From: a virus
Lineage: Duplodnaviria; Caudoviricetes
IMG/VR virus record: IMGVR_UViG_2765235901_000002
Coordinates: 7,161 to 71,160 of that record
Length of the DNA: 64,000 nt
Strand: one strand, 5' to 3'
How positions within the stretch are numbered: the first letter of the stretch is position 1; every line of letters starts with the position of its first letter. Position numbers and translations under genes: made by a program. The notes under the pieces are model-generated. The model was not told the DNA's origin, ran no database searches, and saw nothing but the letters and a program-made list of their open reading frames with translations. This document shows positions 9,098 through 18,657 of this stretch, in pieces.

Positions 9098-10020
9098 TGT
9101 CCCGTATCCGAACAATCAAACCGGGGTTCTGGACGGACGGAAATATCGTTGTGCTGTCTCCGTTCGCCCGTCTGTTGTACATCGGGATGTGGAATTTCGC
9201 GATGTGCGATCACGGGCATGTCGCGGATGATCCGATGAAGCTGAAGCTCGAAGTGTTGCCGGCCGATGATGTCGACATCGTGGCGTTGCTGAACGAGTTG
9301 ATCGGTCGCGGTCGGGTGGTTCGGGTGGCCGATCCGGAGGGTCGTAGCTATCTGTTGGTGCGTCGTTTCGAGGATCATCAGAAGATCGATCCGCGGTGGA
9401 AAACGAGGTGCCCCGCCTGTTCTCACCCAGACTCACTGAAACCCGTAGAAACTCACGCGAGTTTGTCTGAGTCGGAGCGAGTTTCATCGTCTTCGCAGGT
9501 CAACCCCCATCTCACCGAAACTCACTCGAGTTCACCCAAACTCACCCTAGGAAGGGAAGGGAAGGGAAGGGATAGGAAAGAAAAGACTTCTTCGTCGGCT
9601 ACGCCGCCGAGGCTGGATGTCGAAGAACTCTGCACACATCTCCGAGATCGTGTCGTCGCCAACGGAGGCAAGGCGACCGTCTCCGAGAAATGGCGAACCG
9701 AAGCCCGCTTGCTGATCGACCGCGACGCCGTCGACATCGAAGTAGCTCACCGACTCATCGACTGGTGCCAAGACGATTCGTTCTGGCACTCGAACATTCT
9801 GTCGATGCCGAAGTTCCGGGAGAAGTACCAGCAGCTGCTACTGAAGGCCCGGTCGACATCGGCGAGACCGTCAGGGCGTGGCTCAAGTGGACTGACTCCA
9901 CGCGAGATGGAGATCGCCAACGCCGAACTGCTCAAAGAGCATCCCGATCAATCCATTCTCGAACGCGCTGGGTTGTCGACGCCGACCACTCTCCGCGCCA
10001 TAAACGGAGGTGCATCGTGA
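9097..10020 (+). CDS. replication initiation protein
   Basis: MSRIRTIKPGFWTD...ARLLYIGMWNFA.DHG N-terminus and FW.SNILSMPKFREKY C-terminus typical of phage Rep proteins. Confidence 0.85.
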   Translation: MSRIRTIKPGFWTDGNIVVLSPFARLLYIGMWNFAMCDHGHVADDPMKLKLEVLPADDVDIVALLNELIGRGRVVRVADPEGRSYLLVRRFEDHQKIDPRWKTRCPACSHPDSLKPVETHASLSESERVSSSSQVNPHLTETHSSSPKLTLGREGKGRDRKEKTSSSATPPRLDVEELCTHLRDRVVANGGKATVSEKWRTEARLLIDRDAVDIEVAHRLIDWCQDDSFWHSNILSMPKFREKYQQLLLKARSTSARPSGRGSSGLTPREMEIANAELLKEHPDQSILERAGLSTPTTLRAINGGAS

Positions 10021-10352
10021 CGCACGACGAGATCGTGGAACTGCTGCAGGTGATTTCGGCGTACGACTCCCGGAAGATCGACGGCCCGACTGTCGCGGCG
10101 TGGAAGGAATCGGCGTCGCGTGGGCGGTGGAAGTCGGCGGATGCATTCGATGCGGTGCATTCGCATTTCGCTAAGTCGACGGCGTGGTTGATGCCGGGTC
10201 ATGTCAGTGAGCTGATCAGGGCCGGTAAGCGTCATCCCGCGCCGGCATCGGAGGTTCTCGCTGTGGGCGGTGGCGCGCCAGCCTCCGAGGAGACGCGGGC
10301 GCGGTTGATGGCTGAGATCCGGAAGCTCGCGGACTCGAAGGCTGTGAAGTGA
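10017..10352 (+). CDS. helicase loader/inhibitor-like protein
   Basis: EIVELLQVISAYDSRK...AW; directly after Rep. Confidence 0.6.
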   Translation: MTHDEIVELLQVISAYDSRKIDGPTVAAWKESASRGRWKSADAFDAVHSHFAKSTAWLMPGHVSELIRAGKRHPAPASEVLAVGGGAPASEETRARLMAEIRKLADSKAVK

Positions 10353-10501
10353 TGGCTGACCTGATGGGTTTTGCGTGCAGCCACGAGGGCGGGACCGGTT
10401 GCCCGGACGACGAGAGCGGTCGCCACTACTACGCCCACATAGACCCGAGCATTGACGGTCGCATCTGCATTGACTGCGGCTCGATTGAGGTGAAGTCGTG
10501 A
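10352..10501 (+). CDS. small Cys-containing protein
   Basis: MADLMGFACSHEGG...CIDCGSIEVKS; TGATG coupling; not in ORF track. Confidence 0.55.
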   Translation: MADLMGFACSHEGGTGCPDDESGRHYYAHIDPSIDGRICIDCGSIEVKS

Positions 10502-10761
10502 CGGCGGCTCGGCGCGACGCCGAGATCGTTCCCTGCCCGACATGCCATGCCGCGTCTCGTACGCCGTGTGTGTGGGCTACGGGGGAGCGGAGACGGCTTC
10601 CGTGCCTCGCTCGTATGAAGGCCGCTGAACGGTACGACGCGATCGACCCACAGTCGAGTGCCGAACCGGATGCCCTGAACCGTCCACAGCCCGTACAGCT
10701 CGATTCCGGGCCATCTCAACGCGACATCACCGAACCACTACATCCACAGGAGACCGAATGA
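10498..10761 (+). CDS. zinc-finger-like protein
   Basis: CPTCHA...PC...PCLAR. Confidence 0.65.
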   Translation: MTAARRDAEIVPCPTCHAASRTPCVWATGERRRLPCLARMKAAERYDAIDPQSSAEPDALNRPQPVQLDSGPSQRDITEPLHPQETE

Positions 10762-10943
10762 TCACCGTTTGGTACACCGCCGCTTACCGAGACCACAGCG
10801 GCTCGATCGTCGCGGTCGGCATCGAGAGTCGCAACAAGGCCGTCGCCGAGGGGGAGCTCGCGGACTGGCGACGAGATGCCCCCGACCGCGACAGCTTCCT
10901 CGCCTACCGGAACGTCCCGGAATGGCAGGAGGTCGGGGAATGA
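10758..10943 (+). CDS. hypothetical protein
   Basis: RBS AGGAG; coupled overlaps. Confidence 0.7.
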   Translation: MITVWYTAAYRDHSGSIVAVGIESRNKAVAEGELADWRRDAPDRDSFLAYRNVPEWQEVGE

Positions 10944-11692
10944 GGACGTGGTGGCCGGACGGGGCGAAGCGTGGTGCTGCGAAGGACCGCCCGGATGTCG
11001 GCGACATCATCGGCCACGACTTCAAGCCGTGGCGAGTCATGGAGATACGCGACTCACCACTCCGAGACGGTGAATCGACCTGGCATAAGCCGTACATGCT
11101 GCATCTCCGCCCCGCCCATCTCGACACATGGCGGACTGCGATGGACGAAGACATCCACGGCCGGGTCGTCGGGATGCGCTGGCCGATCCTCGGTGAGCAC
11201 TACCCGGTGTGCGTGAAGTGCGGAGACCTGACCCCGTGCCGGGAGATCGTCGCGACGGAGACGGCAGCCAGGTCGGCTGAGAATGCGACTCGCTTCGAGA
11301 CGGCCGGCGTCTGCCCGGAATGCGAGGAAGTGGTCACTCACCGGCAGCAGTCGGTGACGTGGCAGGAGAACGTCGTCGCGATCCTCGGTCCACCCGTCAC
11401 GTTCCACCTACGAAGCAAATGCTTTTGGGGCGCATACGAGTACGAGCAGAAGTGGTCACGCGAATACCCCGACCGGCCACTCCGATTCCACTGCGGCGGC
11501 GATGTCGTCAACCACGGTGACGGAACGTACGAATGCACCCGCGAGGGTGACTGCCCGGGCCCGACCGCGAGACACCGCAGCATGTCGGTCTGCCGGGATT
11601 GCTGCAACCCGAGACCACGGGACTGCCACCCGGGTCCGAACTCCACCAACCGGATTCAGCCTCAGCTGCTGCACCCCCAGGAGGGGAAATGA
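10940..11692 (+). CDS. Cys-rich hypothetical protein
   Basis: MRTWWPDG start; multiple CxxC pairs. Confidence 0.75.
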   Translation: MRTWWPDGAKRGAAKDRPDVGDIIGHDFKPWRVMEIRDSPLRDGESTWHKPYMLHLRPAHLDTWRTAMDEDIHGRVVGMRWPILGEHYPVCVKCGDLTPCREIVATETAARSAENATRFETAGVCPECEEVVTHRQQSVTWQENVVAILGPPVTFHLRSKCFWGAYEYEQKWSREYPDRPLRFHCGGDVVNHGDGTYECTREGDCPGPTARHRSMSVCRDCCNPRPRDCHPGPNSTNRIQPQLLHPQEGK

Positions 11693-12060
11693 CCGAGCAA
11701 AAGACCTTGACCGTCGACTTGACCGCATTCGTCGCCGATGACCAGTCACGATTCAGCTCCGATGGAAACCCGATCTACACCGGGCCCAACGAAGTCAGGG
11801 TGTCTTCACCGCGCGGCAACGGGTGGTGCGTCGTAGATGACCACGGTCATCCGTTCGCGTCGAACCTGCGGTCCAGAGACGCCGCCGAGTTCGTAGTGCG
11901 ATGCGTCAATGCGTTGCACGGTGTCGTGCCAATTCAAGGGACCGACAAGGGCGCAGACATCGCTAAGGCACGCGAAGCGGAGGCGGGCATCCGGCACGCC
12001 GAGTGGGAGCTGGAGAAAGCACGTGCACGCCTCGCATCCATTGCAGGAGAGCGACAGTGA
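11689..12060 (+). CDS. hypothetical protein
   Basis: RBS AGGAGG; MTEQKTLTV... Confidence 0.7.
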   Translation: MTEQKTLTVDLTAFVADDQSRFSSDGNPIYTGPNEVRVSSPRGNGWCVVDDHGHPFASNLRSRDAAEFVVRCVNALHGVVPIQGTDKGADIAKAREAEAGIRHAEWELEKARARLASIAGERQ

Positions 12061-12154
12061 GTCATCCGGGCAGTTACTCGATGAAATTCCCGACTGAACA
12101 ACTACCTAGATTCGACCATCCCGCACAGCAGAACCTTCACCTCAAGGAGAACTC

Positions 12155-12367
12155 ATGAGCACCACATCCCAGTCCACCTCACGCTCAACCGGTATCGGCT
12201 TCACCGGGGCACTGTTCCTGGTGTTCCTCGTCTTGAAGCTGACGGGGGTCATCACGTGGTCGTGGTGGGCAGTCACCGCGCCACTGTGGGGCGCGTTCGC
12301 ACTTTTCCTGGCCGTGATCATGTTCATCGCCGTCGTCGCGTTCGTCACCGCGGTCGTGAAGCGATGA
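12155..12367 (+). CDS. two-TM membrane protein
   Basis: GIGFTGALFLVFLVLKLTGVITWSWWAVTAPLW, a common phage membrane family; RBS AAGGAG. Confidence 0.85.
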   Translation: MSTTSQSTSRSTGIGFTGALFLVFLVLKLTGVITWSWWAVTAPLWGAFALFLAVIMFIAVVAFVTAVVKR

Positions 12368-12657
12368 CCATGTGGAATCAGCAGCCGCGTCAGCAGCACA
12401 TGGAGACCGAGCAGATGGCGGCGATGGAGAAAGCGCGTGAGAAACGGGAACGAGAAGCTCGGCGCGCGAAGCTCACCACCGAACTGAAACTCGAAGCGCG
12501 GGATCACATCACACTCGCGGACCTGGACGAGATCATGGGGCAGACCGCGAACTGGGATCGGAACACCGTCGTCTCCGTCAACACCAAAACCTATGACCAG
12601 CGTGGCGAGGCATACCTGCACACCATCTCGGTGGTTGCAGGTCGGGTCGCAAGATGA
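12364..12657 (+). CDS. hypothetical protein
   Basis: Coupled ORF MTMWNQQPR... Confidence 0.65.
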   Translation: MTMWNQQPRQQHMETEQMAAMEKAREKREREARRAKLTTELKLEARDHITLADLDEIMGQTANWDRNTVVSVNTKTYDQRGEAYLHTISVVAGRVAR

Positions 12658-13052
12658 CCGGGCCGCTGGTCGTGAAGCTCCCGTACTTGCGGCCACCATT
12701 GTCTCTCAACGATTCCGGTGCAAGCCAAGGGGCAATGTTCGCGAAGGCCAGAACCATCAAGGAAGTTCGGCAGACGGTGGCGTGGCTCGCGAAAGCTGCG
12801 AAGCTGCCGATCGGTGTCCCGCACGCTGTCGTCGAAGTCCACTACCGGCCCGCGACGCGCGGACGTCACGACGCGGACAACGTCGTCCTGTCGAGTAAGG
12901 CCATCTTCGATGGTCTGGTCGACGGCGGCCTCGTCCCGGACGACATCCCCGAGCTGATGTCGAAACCCGAAGTAGTGCTCCACAAGTCCGGGAATCCCGG
13001 AATGTGGCTCGAAATCACTGTTCTCGATTCTCCGAGGGAGCTACCCGAATGA
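12654..13052 (+). CDS. RusA-like Holliday junction resolvase
   Basis: PPLSLN...RHDADNV...KAIFDGLVDGGLVPDD. Confidence 0.85.
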   Translation: MTGPLVVKLPYLRPPLSLNDSGASQGAMFAKARTIKEVRQTVAWLAKAAKLPIGVPHAVVEVHYRPATRGRHDADNVVLSSKAIFDGLVDGGLVPDDIPELMSKPEVVLHKSGNPGMWLEITVLDSPRELPE

Positions 13053-13303
13053 AGGTCACCGTCTACTCGTCACCGAACTGCATGCCGTGCCGCGCCACGA
13101 AACGTGCACTCACGAAAGCGAACGTCCCGTTCACCGACATCGACGTCTCCGAGGACGCGACGGCCGCTGAACACCTCAAGACCCTCGGCTTCAAGTCGAC
13201 ACCCGTCGTGGAAGTCGAACTGCCCGACGGGATGGATCGGTGGAGCGATCACCGTGAGAACAAGATCAAAGCCCTGGCGTCGATCGCGGAGCGACCAGCA
13301 TGA
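13049..13303 (+). CDS. nrdH: NrdH-like glutaredoxin
   Basis: VTVYSSPNCMPCRATKRAL...GFKSTPVV. Confidence 0.9.
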   Translation: MKVTVYSSPNCMPCRATKRALTKANVPFTDIDVSEDATAAEHLKTLGFKSTPVVEVELPDGMDRWSDHRENKIKALASIAERPA

Positions 13304-13500
13304 GCGTCGAACACGAGCATCAGTGCGAACGCACCATCGTGACGACAGTGCACGAGATCGACGGCCTGAAACGGCAACTGGCGGAGGCCCTCGCAGCGAT
13401 CGAAGGGGCACGGGAAGTATGCATGCCGCACCCGTTCCGAATACCACTCGCAGACTTCGCGTTACGTGGGGAAGTCCTGGCAGCATTGGAGATGTCATGA
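13300..13500 (+). CDS. hypothetical protein
   Basis: Coupled overlaps. Confidence 0.65.
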   Translation: MSVEHEHQCERTIVTTVHEIDGLKRQLAEALAAIEGAREVCMPHPFRIPLADFALRGEVLAALEMS

Positions 13501-14294
13501 GCGGCGTCATCGACACGTTCGTCGCCCGCGGCACCGGCAATGCGCCCGGCCCTCGGAACGACATGTGCGGGCTCGTCACCCGCAAGCTGAACCCTGAGAA
13601 GTTCCGGCTGTTCGATGTGAACTACCCGGCCACCATTGGCCGTATCGGTGCATCGGACGGTCGTGGGGTGCCGATGGATGAGTGCGTCGAGATCGGCGTT
13701 CAGGACCTCGCGAGGCAGGTTCTCAACTCACCGAACCGCGCCGGCATCGTCTCGTACAGTCTCGGCGGCATCGTCGCATCACGGTTCCTCGAGCGGGTCG
13801 AGCGTGGGGAGTGGCTGAACAGGAACGGGTCGAAGCTCGATATTGCGTTCGTGGTGAACATCGCGAATCCGGCTCGTGCTGCTGGGGATTCGATCGTGCC
13901 CGCACCGGGATTCGGTCTGCATTCGTCGCACGGGAAGTGGCCGGCGAGCACCGTCGTATATGAGCTCGCCAACCCCCGCGACATGATCTGCTCGACCGAT
14001 CGGTTCAGTCCGGCTCGGCGGATCGCAGCGGGAGTATCCCCGTACGCGGCGCTCGAGCTGAACGAATCTGATCCGTTGAAGAGGCTCGACGGGTTGCGGT
14101 CGACGGACTGGCTCGCACGCCTCCGGAGTGGTTCGTACACCGCGGCGGCCGCTGGGTTGCTCGGGTATCTCGTGCCCTACGGCAACCCGCCGCGCACCAC
14201 ACACACGGCGTACGGCGTGGAGTTCGTGCCGGGTACGAACGTCACGTGGACGGATTGGGCTGCGGCTGAACTGAACAAGGGGTGGGGGAAGTGA
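13497..14294 (+). CDS. cutinase/PE-PPE-like serine hydrolase (LysB-like)
   Basis: RGTG near N-terminus, nucleophile elbow SYSLG, ANPAR, DMICS and a C-terminal His. Confidence 0.75.
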   Translation: MSGVIDTFVARGTGNAPGPRNDMCGLVTRKLNPEKFRLFDVNYPATIGRIGASDGRGVPMDECVEIGVQDLARQVLNSPNRAGIVSYSLGGIVASRFLERVERGEWLNRNGSKLDIAFVVNIANPARAAGDSIVPAPGFGLHSSHGKWPASTVVYELANPRDMICSTDRFSPARRIAAGVSPYAALELNESDPLKRLDGLRSTDWLARLRSGSYTAAAAGLLGYLVPYGNPPRTTHTAYGVEFVPGTNVTWTDWAAAELNKGWGK

Positions 14295-14671
14295 GCGCGG
14301 CGGAGGCCCGTATTGCGGCCGCACTCGCAGAGCACCGTTTCCGGGAGCCCGAGCGTGTGTGCACCTGTGGTGTGCTGTGCGGTGTTGTGTGCGACAACCT
14401 GACGTATGCCGAGCACCTGGCGTCTGTGGTTGCTGCCCTACCCGACATCGCCGTGGTGGAGTTGCCGCTGGGGAATGTCCGCGAATACGGCGGATTCTCC
14501 TGGGGTGCCGACGAAGACGACGAAAACCCGACCGTCACTGCGACTGCTGGGTACGACACGGTCCGCCTGTATCAGGAAGACGCACGGCATACGAGTCAGG
14601 ACGCTGTGGAGATCGCGGGCTTCCTGCTCGCTGCTGCCAGGGCTGCTCGCACTGCGGGAGGCCAACAGTGA
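14291..14671 (+). CDS. hypothetical protein
   Basis: GTGA coupling; CTCG...HLA motif. Confidence 0.7.
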   Translation: MSAAEARIAAALAEHRFREPERVCTCGVLCGVVCDNLTYAEHLASVVAALPDIAVVELPLGNVREYGGFSWGADEDDENPTVTATAGYDTVRLYQEDARHTSQDAVEIAGFLLAAARAARTAGGQQ

Positions 14672-15075
14672 ACGGCGACAAGCTCAGGGTGCAGGTCGGC
14701 GACGTTATTCGGCAGGGCAGAGGCGACTACTCCCAGACCGTAATCATTGTCTGGACCAATCGGTCGTACGTCCCCGGTGCCACCACCGCGACGGCGACCG
14801 AGTTTGAGGCTCCAGCCGAGCGAGCCCACCCTGCCGATGCCATCTGCTTAGCGCCTCCCGTGGGTGACGGCCAATTCATGGGAACAGCGCTGTTGCCGAG
14901 CTTCATGACCTACTTGGGCTTCCTGAATTACACCGACGACGAGCAGACTGCTGCCGACGAAGCAGATGACGAGTACGCCGCACGGGATGGTCATACGTGG
15001 GAGGTCAACCTGCCAGGCTATGAGCACGTGGCCACGCCTTGGTGGGAGACGTTCCGTCAGGTGGATGCGGCATGA
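14668..15075 (+). CDS. hypothetical protein
   Basis: GTGA coupling. Confidence 0.65.
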   Translation: MNGDKLRVQVGDVIRQGRGDYSQTVIIVWTNRSYVPGATTATATEFEAPAERAHPADAICLAPPVGDGQFMGTALLPSFMTYLGFLNYTDDEQTAADEADDEYAARDGHTWEVNLPGYEHVATPWWETFRQVDAA

Positions 15076-15422
15076 CCCCGGGGGAGTTGGCGGCGATCGC
15101 AGCACGAGCGGACGCAGCGACGGTAGGTCCGTGGGAAGTCGCTACCAGCCGCGACGTGTATTCCGCTGTCATTGCACCGGCAGGCGGCGCAACGGTCGGC
15201 ATGGACTTCGAGAGTGACGCCAACGCCGAGTTCATTGCGCATGCCCGCGAGGATGTGCCGGCGTTGTTGGCTGTGCTGCGGGAACGGGACAACACCATCG
15301 CACGAGTACGGGATGTTCTCGACGACTACGACCACCTCGGTATCGAACCCATCCCGACGCTTTCGGCGCACGCGTGGATGCATGAGGTTCGCGCTGCCCT
15401 CGACCCACAGGAGACGGAATGA
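15072..15422 (+). CDS. Ead/Ea22-like protein
   Basis: ARADAAT.GPW...NAEFIAHAREDVPALLA. Confidence 0.75.
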   Translation: MTPGELAAIAARADAATVGPWEVATSRDVYSAVIAPAGGATVGMDFESDANAEFIAHAREDVPALLAVLRERDNTIARVRDVLDDYDHLGIEPIPTLSAHAWMHEVRAALDPQETE

Positions 15423-15631
15423 GTAACCCAGACCGTTGGTGCCCGAAATCGCTCACCGAGAAACTGTGCGCGCAGCAGGTGTTTGCACCAGACGCATTCA
15501 CTCGCAACGAGATAGGTCGCTTGGTGAACGTTCTCGCGCTGCACAGGCCGACGGGATCGAACGGTAAACACGGAAACCTGCACACGCCGACGTGCGGCTG
15601 CGAAGACGCTGAGTCGGGGGTGGTGTTGTGA
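15419..15631 (+). CDS. hypothetical protein
   Basis: Coupled; HRPTGSNGKHGNLHTPTCGC. Confidence 0.7.
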   Translation: MSNPDRWCPKSLTEKLCAQQVFAPDAFTRNEIGRLVNVLALHRPTGSNGKHGNLHTPTCGCEDAESGVVL

Positions 15632-15879
15632 GCGCAGTGAACCCCGTCGAGCATTGCGCGCACACCGAGGTATCGGTAGAGGTTCACGCCGAAGCCGCTG
15701 GCGTAGACGCTATCCGCCATGAGATCCGCAAGCGATGTGACTTATGCGGCCTCGTGTTAGCCGAACCCATTCACAACTACGGCTGCGACGAGTGGTGTAA
15801 CCACTGTCAGGTATGCGGCGAAGGAGCCCTGTACGGCTCGCGCTGCCATGACCATCCGATCGTCGGAGGTGCGCAGTGA
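15628..15879 (+). CDS. Cys-rich hypothetical protein
   Basis: Several CxxC pairs. Confidence 0.65.
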   Translation: MSAVNPVEHCAHTEVSVEVHAEAAGVDAIRHEIRKRCDLCGLVLAEPIHNYGCDEWCNHCQVCGEGALYGSRCHDHPIVGGAQ

Positions 15880-16139
15880 ACCCCACACACATCATCGCGG
15901 AGGCGCTGTTGGCTTTCGATGACGGAACAGCATACGAACTCGCCGCCCACGCGATGTCGAAGCTGACGGAACACGGCTACAGCATCATCCCCACGCCGCG
16001 CACAACCAGGTTCGGCCACGAGTTCATCGGAAGCGACCCGGAATGCTGCTGCGCTGGCATAGGTGCCGGCGAACTCTGCGGATACCCGATTTGGAAACAC
16101 ACCGCCTTCTCCATTGCCGCTGAGGGGGAGAAGGCATGA
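15876..16139 (+). CDS. hypothetical protein
   Basis: Coupled overlaps. Confidence 0.65.
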   Translation: MNPTHIIAEALLAFDDGTAYELAAHAMSKLTEHGYSIIPTPRTTRFGHEFIGSDPECCCAGIGAGELCGYPIWKHTAFSIAAEGEKA

Positions 16140-16300
16140 GCACGCTCGCCACGAACGGCATCTACCTCAACCACAGGTACGCGGTAGAACTCGCCGCGTC
16201 GATCGCAGCCGAAACCGGGGACCGAACACGAGTGCAGCAACTCCCCGGAAACCGGCGACTCTGGGAGATCGTCTGGGCTACCGATGGAGACGTGCGATGA
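16136..16300 (+). CDS. hypothetical protein
   Basis: MSTLATNGIY... 54 aa, ATGA-coupled on both sides; not in ORF track. Confidence 0.6.
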   Translation: MSTLATNGIYLNHRYAVELAASIAAETGDRTRVQQLPGNRRLWEIVWATDGDVR

Positions 16301-16458
16301 CCACTCATGAGCTCGAGGAGGACTTCTCCGCGCAACTCTCCCGCGGCGACAGTCGATGGTGGTGCTCCTGCGAGAAGTGGAGTACCCCGATCTGGCATAC
16401 GCCGCATGCGGTTCGGGAGCACGCGGGGCATGTGCGAGAAGTCGAGGGGGAGCAGTGA
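16297..16458 (+). CDS. hypothetical protein
   Basis: MTTHELEEDF...; coupled. Confidence 0.6.
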   Translation: MTTHELEEDFSAQLSRGDSRWWCSCEKWSTPIWHTPHAVREHAGHVREVEGEQ

Positions 16459-16724
16459 GCACCGACAGCTACGAATGGCGACCGTACATCTCGCCGATCG
16501 AACCGCAGCACGCCGACGAGGAAGCCGCCGAATGCATGGAACGGGAACGTATCCGCATCGCGGCAGAAACCCTCGGAGTCGATTTCGACGAACGGCATGT
16601 GACTGCAGCGACTTGGGATCTCGCCGGCTTCGAGGACGGCTACCACAACATGTGGCGAATCAAGCACGGCGTCGATTCGGATCTCGTTGCCCGGGTCGCC
16701 GATGTCGCGAGGTGGAACACATGA
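16455..16724 (+). CDS. hypothetical protein
   Basis: GTGA coupling. Confidence 0.65.
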   Translation: MSTDSYEWRPYISPIEPQHADEEAAECMERERIRIAAETLGVDFDERHVTAATWDLAGFEDGYHNMWRIKHGVDSDLVARVADVARWNT

Positions 16725-16897
16725 CCGGTGAGCAGTTGGTGGAGTGTCGTGGTCTTCATGGTGAGCGTATCGCTGTGACTGATGTGGAGTTGAACAAGGC
16801 GTGGTGGCGTGGGATGCCTGGCCGTCTCGCTGACCGTCGCCGGGCGTTGGGGTATCCGGTGGGCAGTCCTGAGCGTCGAATGTTGGAGGAATCATGA
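16721..16897 (+). CDS. hypothetical protein
   Basis: MTGEQLVECR...; coupled. Confidence 0.6.
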   Translation: MTGEQLVECRGLHGERIAVTDVELNKAWWRGMPGRLADRRRALGYPVGSPERRMLEES

Positions 16898-17148
16898 GCG
16901 ATCGTGCGTATGAGATTCACATCGCGGAGTTGTCGATTCGTCAGCGTGCTGTGCGGGAGGGGCGAGGGTTGTCGCGGATGGAACGCCAACACCTGGCGAA
17001 GCTCGCGGCGGAGGCGAAGGAGCTCGCGGACATGTTGGAGGCGGAACGCGCCGCCGACTACAGGCCCGCAACCGAATACCACCTTCCCGCACCAGCGTCC
17101 GATCCTGTCCGTCGCCGCAACGTAGGAGATTGGGGACCCGATGCCTGA
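16894..17148 (+). CDS. hypothetical protein
   Basis: Coupled overlaps. Confidence 0.65.
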   Translation: MSDRAYEIHIAELSIRQRAVREGRGLSRMERQHLAKLAAEAKELADMLEAERAADYRPATEYHLPAPASDPVRRRNVGDWGPDA

Positions 17149-17497
17149 AGTCTTTTCACCGGTCGCGATCGAGCAGAAGATCGCCGACGTATCGAACCGC
17201 ATCGCCACCGGTGTGAACCTCGCGGACGAGAAGTACCGGGCGTTCCTCGATGCGGACCGGGCCTACGATGCAGCGTTCGCGAAGGCGTACATGGCGTACT
17301 CCGGCCCCGCCCACGCGAAGAAGTACGCGGCCGAGCTCGACACCACCGACGAACGCGCCGCCCGCGACGTCGCTGACGCTGCATACCGGTACACAGACCG
17401 ACGTACCCGCGCCTACCAGGATGAGCTTCGGAGCCTTCAATCAATTGGGGCCTCGGTCCGCCAAGCATATTCAGTAGCAGGAAGGAACGAGACATGA
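17141..17497 (+). CDS. coiled-coil hypothetical protein
   Basis: Helical, Ala-rich; fits the operon. Confidence 0.75.
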   Translation: MPEVFSPVAIEQKIADVSNRIATGVNLADEKYRAFLDADRAYDAAFAKAYMAYSGPAHAKKYAAELDTTDERAARDVADAAYRYTDRRTRAYQDELRSLQSIGASVRQAYSVAGRNET

Positions 17498-17727
17498 GCA
17501 AATTGGCAGCCATGAAGACGAGTACTACGTACACGGGTCACGGTGCCCCTCACTCACACGAGTATGTCAACGGTGCGGAATGGTCGTCGTCTGTGGATGC
17601 GGGAGATGGTTCGGGGCCGCACCGCCACAAAGTGATCGACGGGAACGCGTACACCGATAGTGCCCGGTTGGAGGGCGGGATGATGCACAACCACCAGCTG
17701 CCCGTGATCGCAGAAGTGACGCAATGA
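17494..17727 (+). CDS. His-rich (HxH repeat) small protein
   Basis: PHSHEY, PHRHKV, MHNHQL spaced ~22-23 aa apart. Confidence 0.65.
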   Translation: MSKLAAMKTSTTYTGHGAPHSHEYVNGAEWSSSVDAGDGSGPHRHKVIDGNAYTDSARLEGGMMHNHQLPVIAEVTQ

Positions 17728-18326
17728 GTGTCTGGTTCTGCTCGGATCTTCACGTCGGGCATTTGAAGGTTGCGGAGACCCGGGGGTTCGATACTGCCGC
17801 CGAGCATGACGTGTCGATCTTCGCTTCCCTCGAGGAGACGTTGAAGCGTGGCGACCAGTTGTGGATCCTCGGCGATGTGACGGTCGGTGGGACTGGCGCG
17901 GAAACGCAGGCCCTGTCCCAGTTGGGCACGCTCGCCGAGATCCTGGGTGTCGAGCTGCATCTCATCGCAGGGAACCACGACTCGTGCCACCCGATGGCGA
18001 ACCGCAACAGTCACACCCGGCAGAGGGTGTTCCTCGAGGTGTTCTCGTCGGTGCAGTTGTTCGCTCGCCGGAAGATCGCTGGGCAGCCGGTTCTGCTGTC
18101 TCACTTTCCGTACGAGGGCGATCACTCCGAGACGGATCGTGGTGTGCAGTACCGCCTGCGGGATGAGGGGGAGTGGCTGCTGCACGGCCACACTCACAGC
18201 CAGGTGGCGATCGATGGGACCCGGCAGCTGCATGTGGGATGGGACGCATGGAGTCGACCTGTTCACCTAGATGAGATCGCGGACATCATCATCACCGCCG
18301 CGACCACGACGGAAGGCAACGCATGA
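17724..18326 (+). CDS. calcineurin-like metallophosphoesterase
   Basis: DLHVGH, GD, GNHD, HGHTH. Confidence 0.9.
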   Translation: MSVWFCSDLHVGHLKVAETRGFDTAAEHDVSIFASLEETLKRGDQLWILGDVTVGGTGAETQALSQLGTLAEILGVELHLIAGNHDSCHPMANRNSHTRQRVFLEVFSSVQLFARRKIAGQPVLLSHFPYEGDHSETDRGVQYRLRDEGEWLLHGHTHSQVAIDGTRQLHVGWDAWSRPVHLDEIADIIITAATTTEGNA

Positions 18327-18655
18327 CTATCATCGAGTTCCTGGAAGCGCGCCTCGCCGAGGATGAACAACTCGCTCACGAGTCGCACTCGATCCTTCTA
18401 CTGATCGGCAACGACACTCGTGTGCTCGTTGAGGGTTCCGATGAACGCAACACCTACCGGTTCATCGAGAGGTTCAATCCTGCCCGGGTGTTGCGTGAGG
18501 TAGCGGCGAAGCGAGCTCTCATCAAGTCGACAGTCAAGCGAATCGAGGAAGGTTGGGGCTACCACGACAACGAAGGCATCATCTGCGCTGATCTCCGACC
18601 GATGGCTGAGATCTACTCTGAGCATCCGGATTTCGCATCGATCGATTGGGAGTAG
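18323..18655 (+). CDS. DUF6221-like protein (copy A)
   Basis: EFLEARLAEDE...PARVLREVAAKR...Y.EHPDF. Confidence 0.8.
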   Translation: MTIIEFLEARLAEDEQLAHESHSILLLIGNDTRVLVEGSDERNTYRFIERFNPARVLREVAAKRALIKSTVKRIEEGWGYHDNEGIICADLRPMAEIYSEHPDFASIDWE

Positions 18656-18657
18656 CC

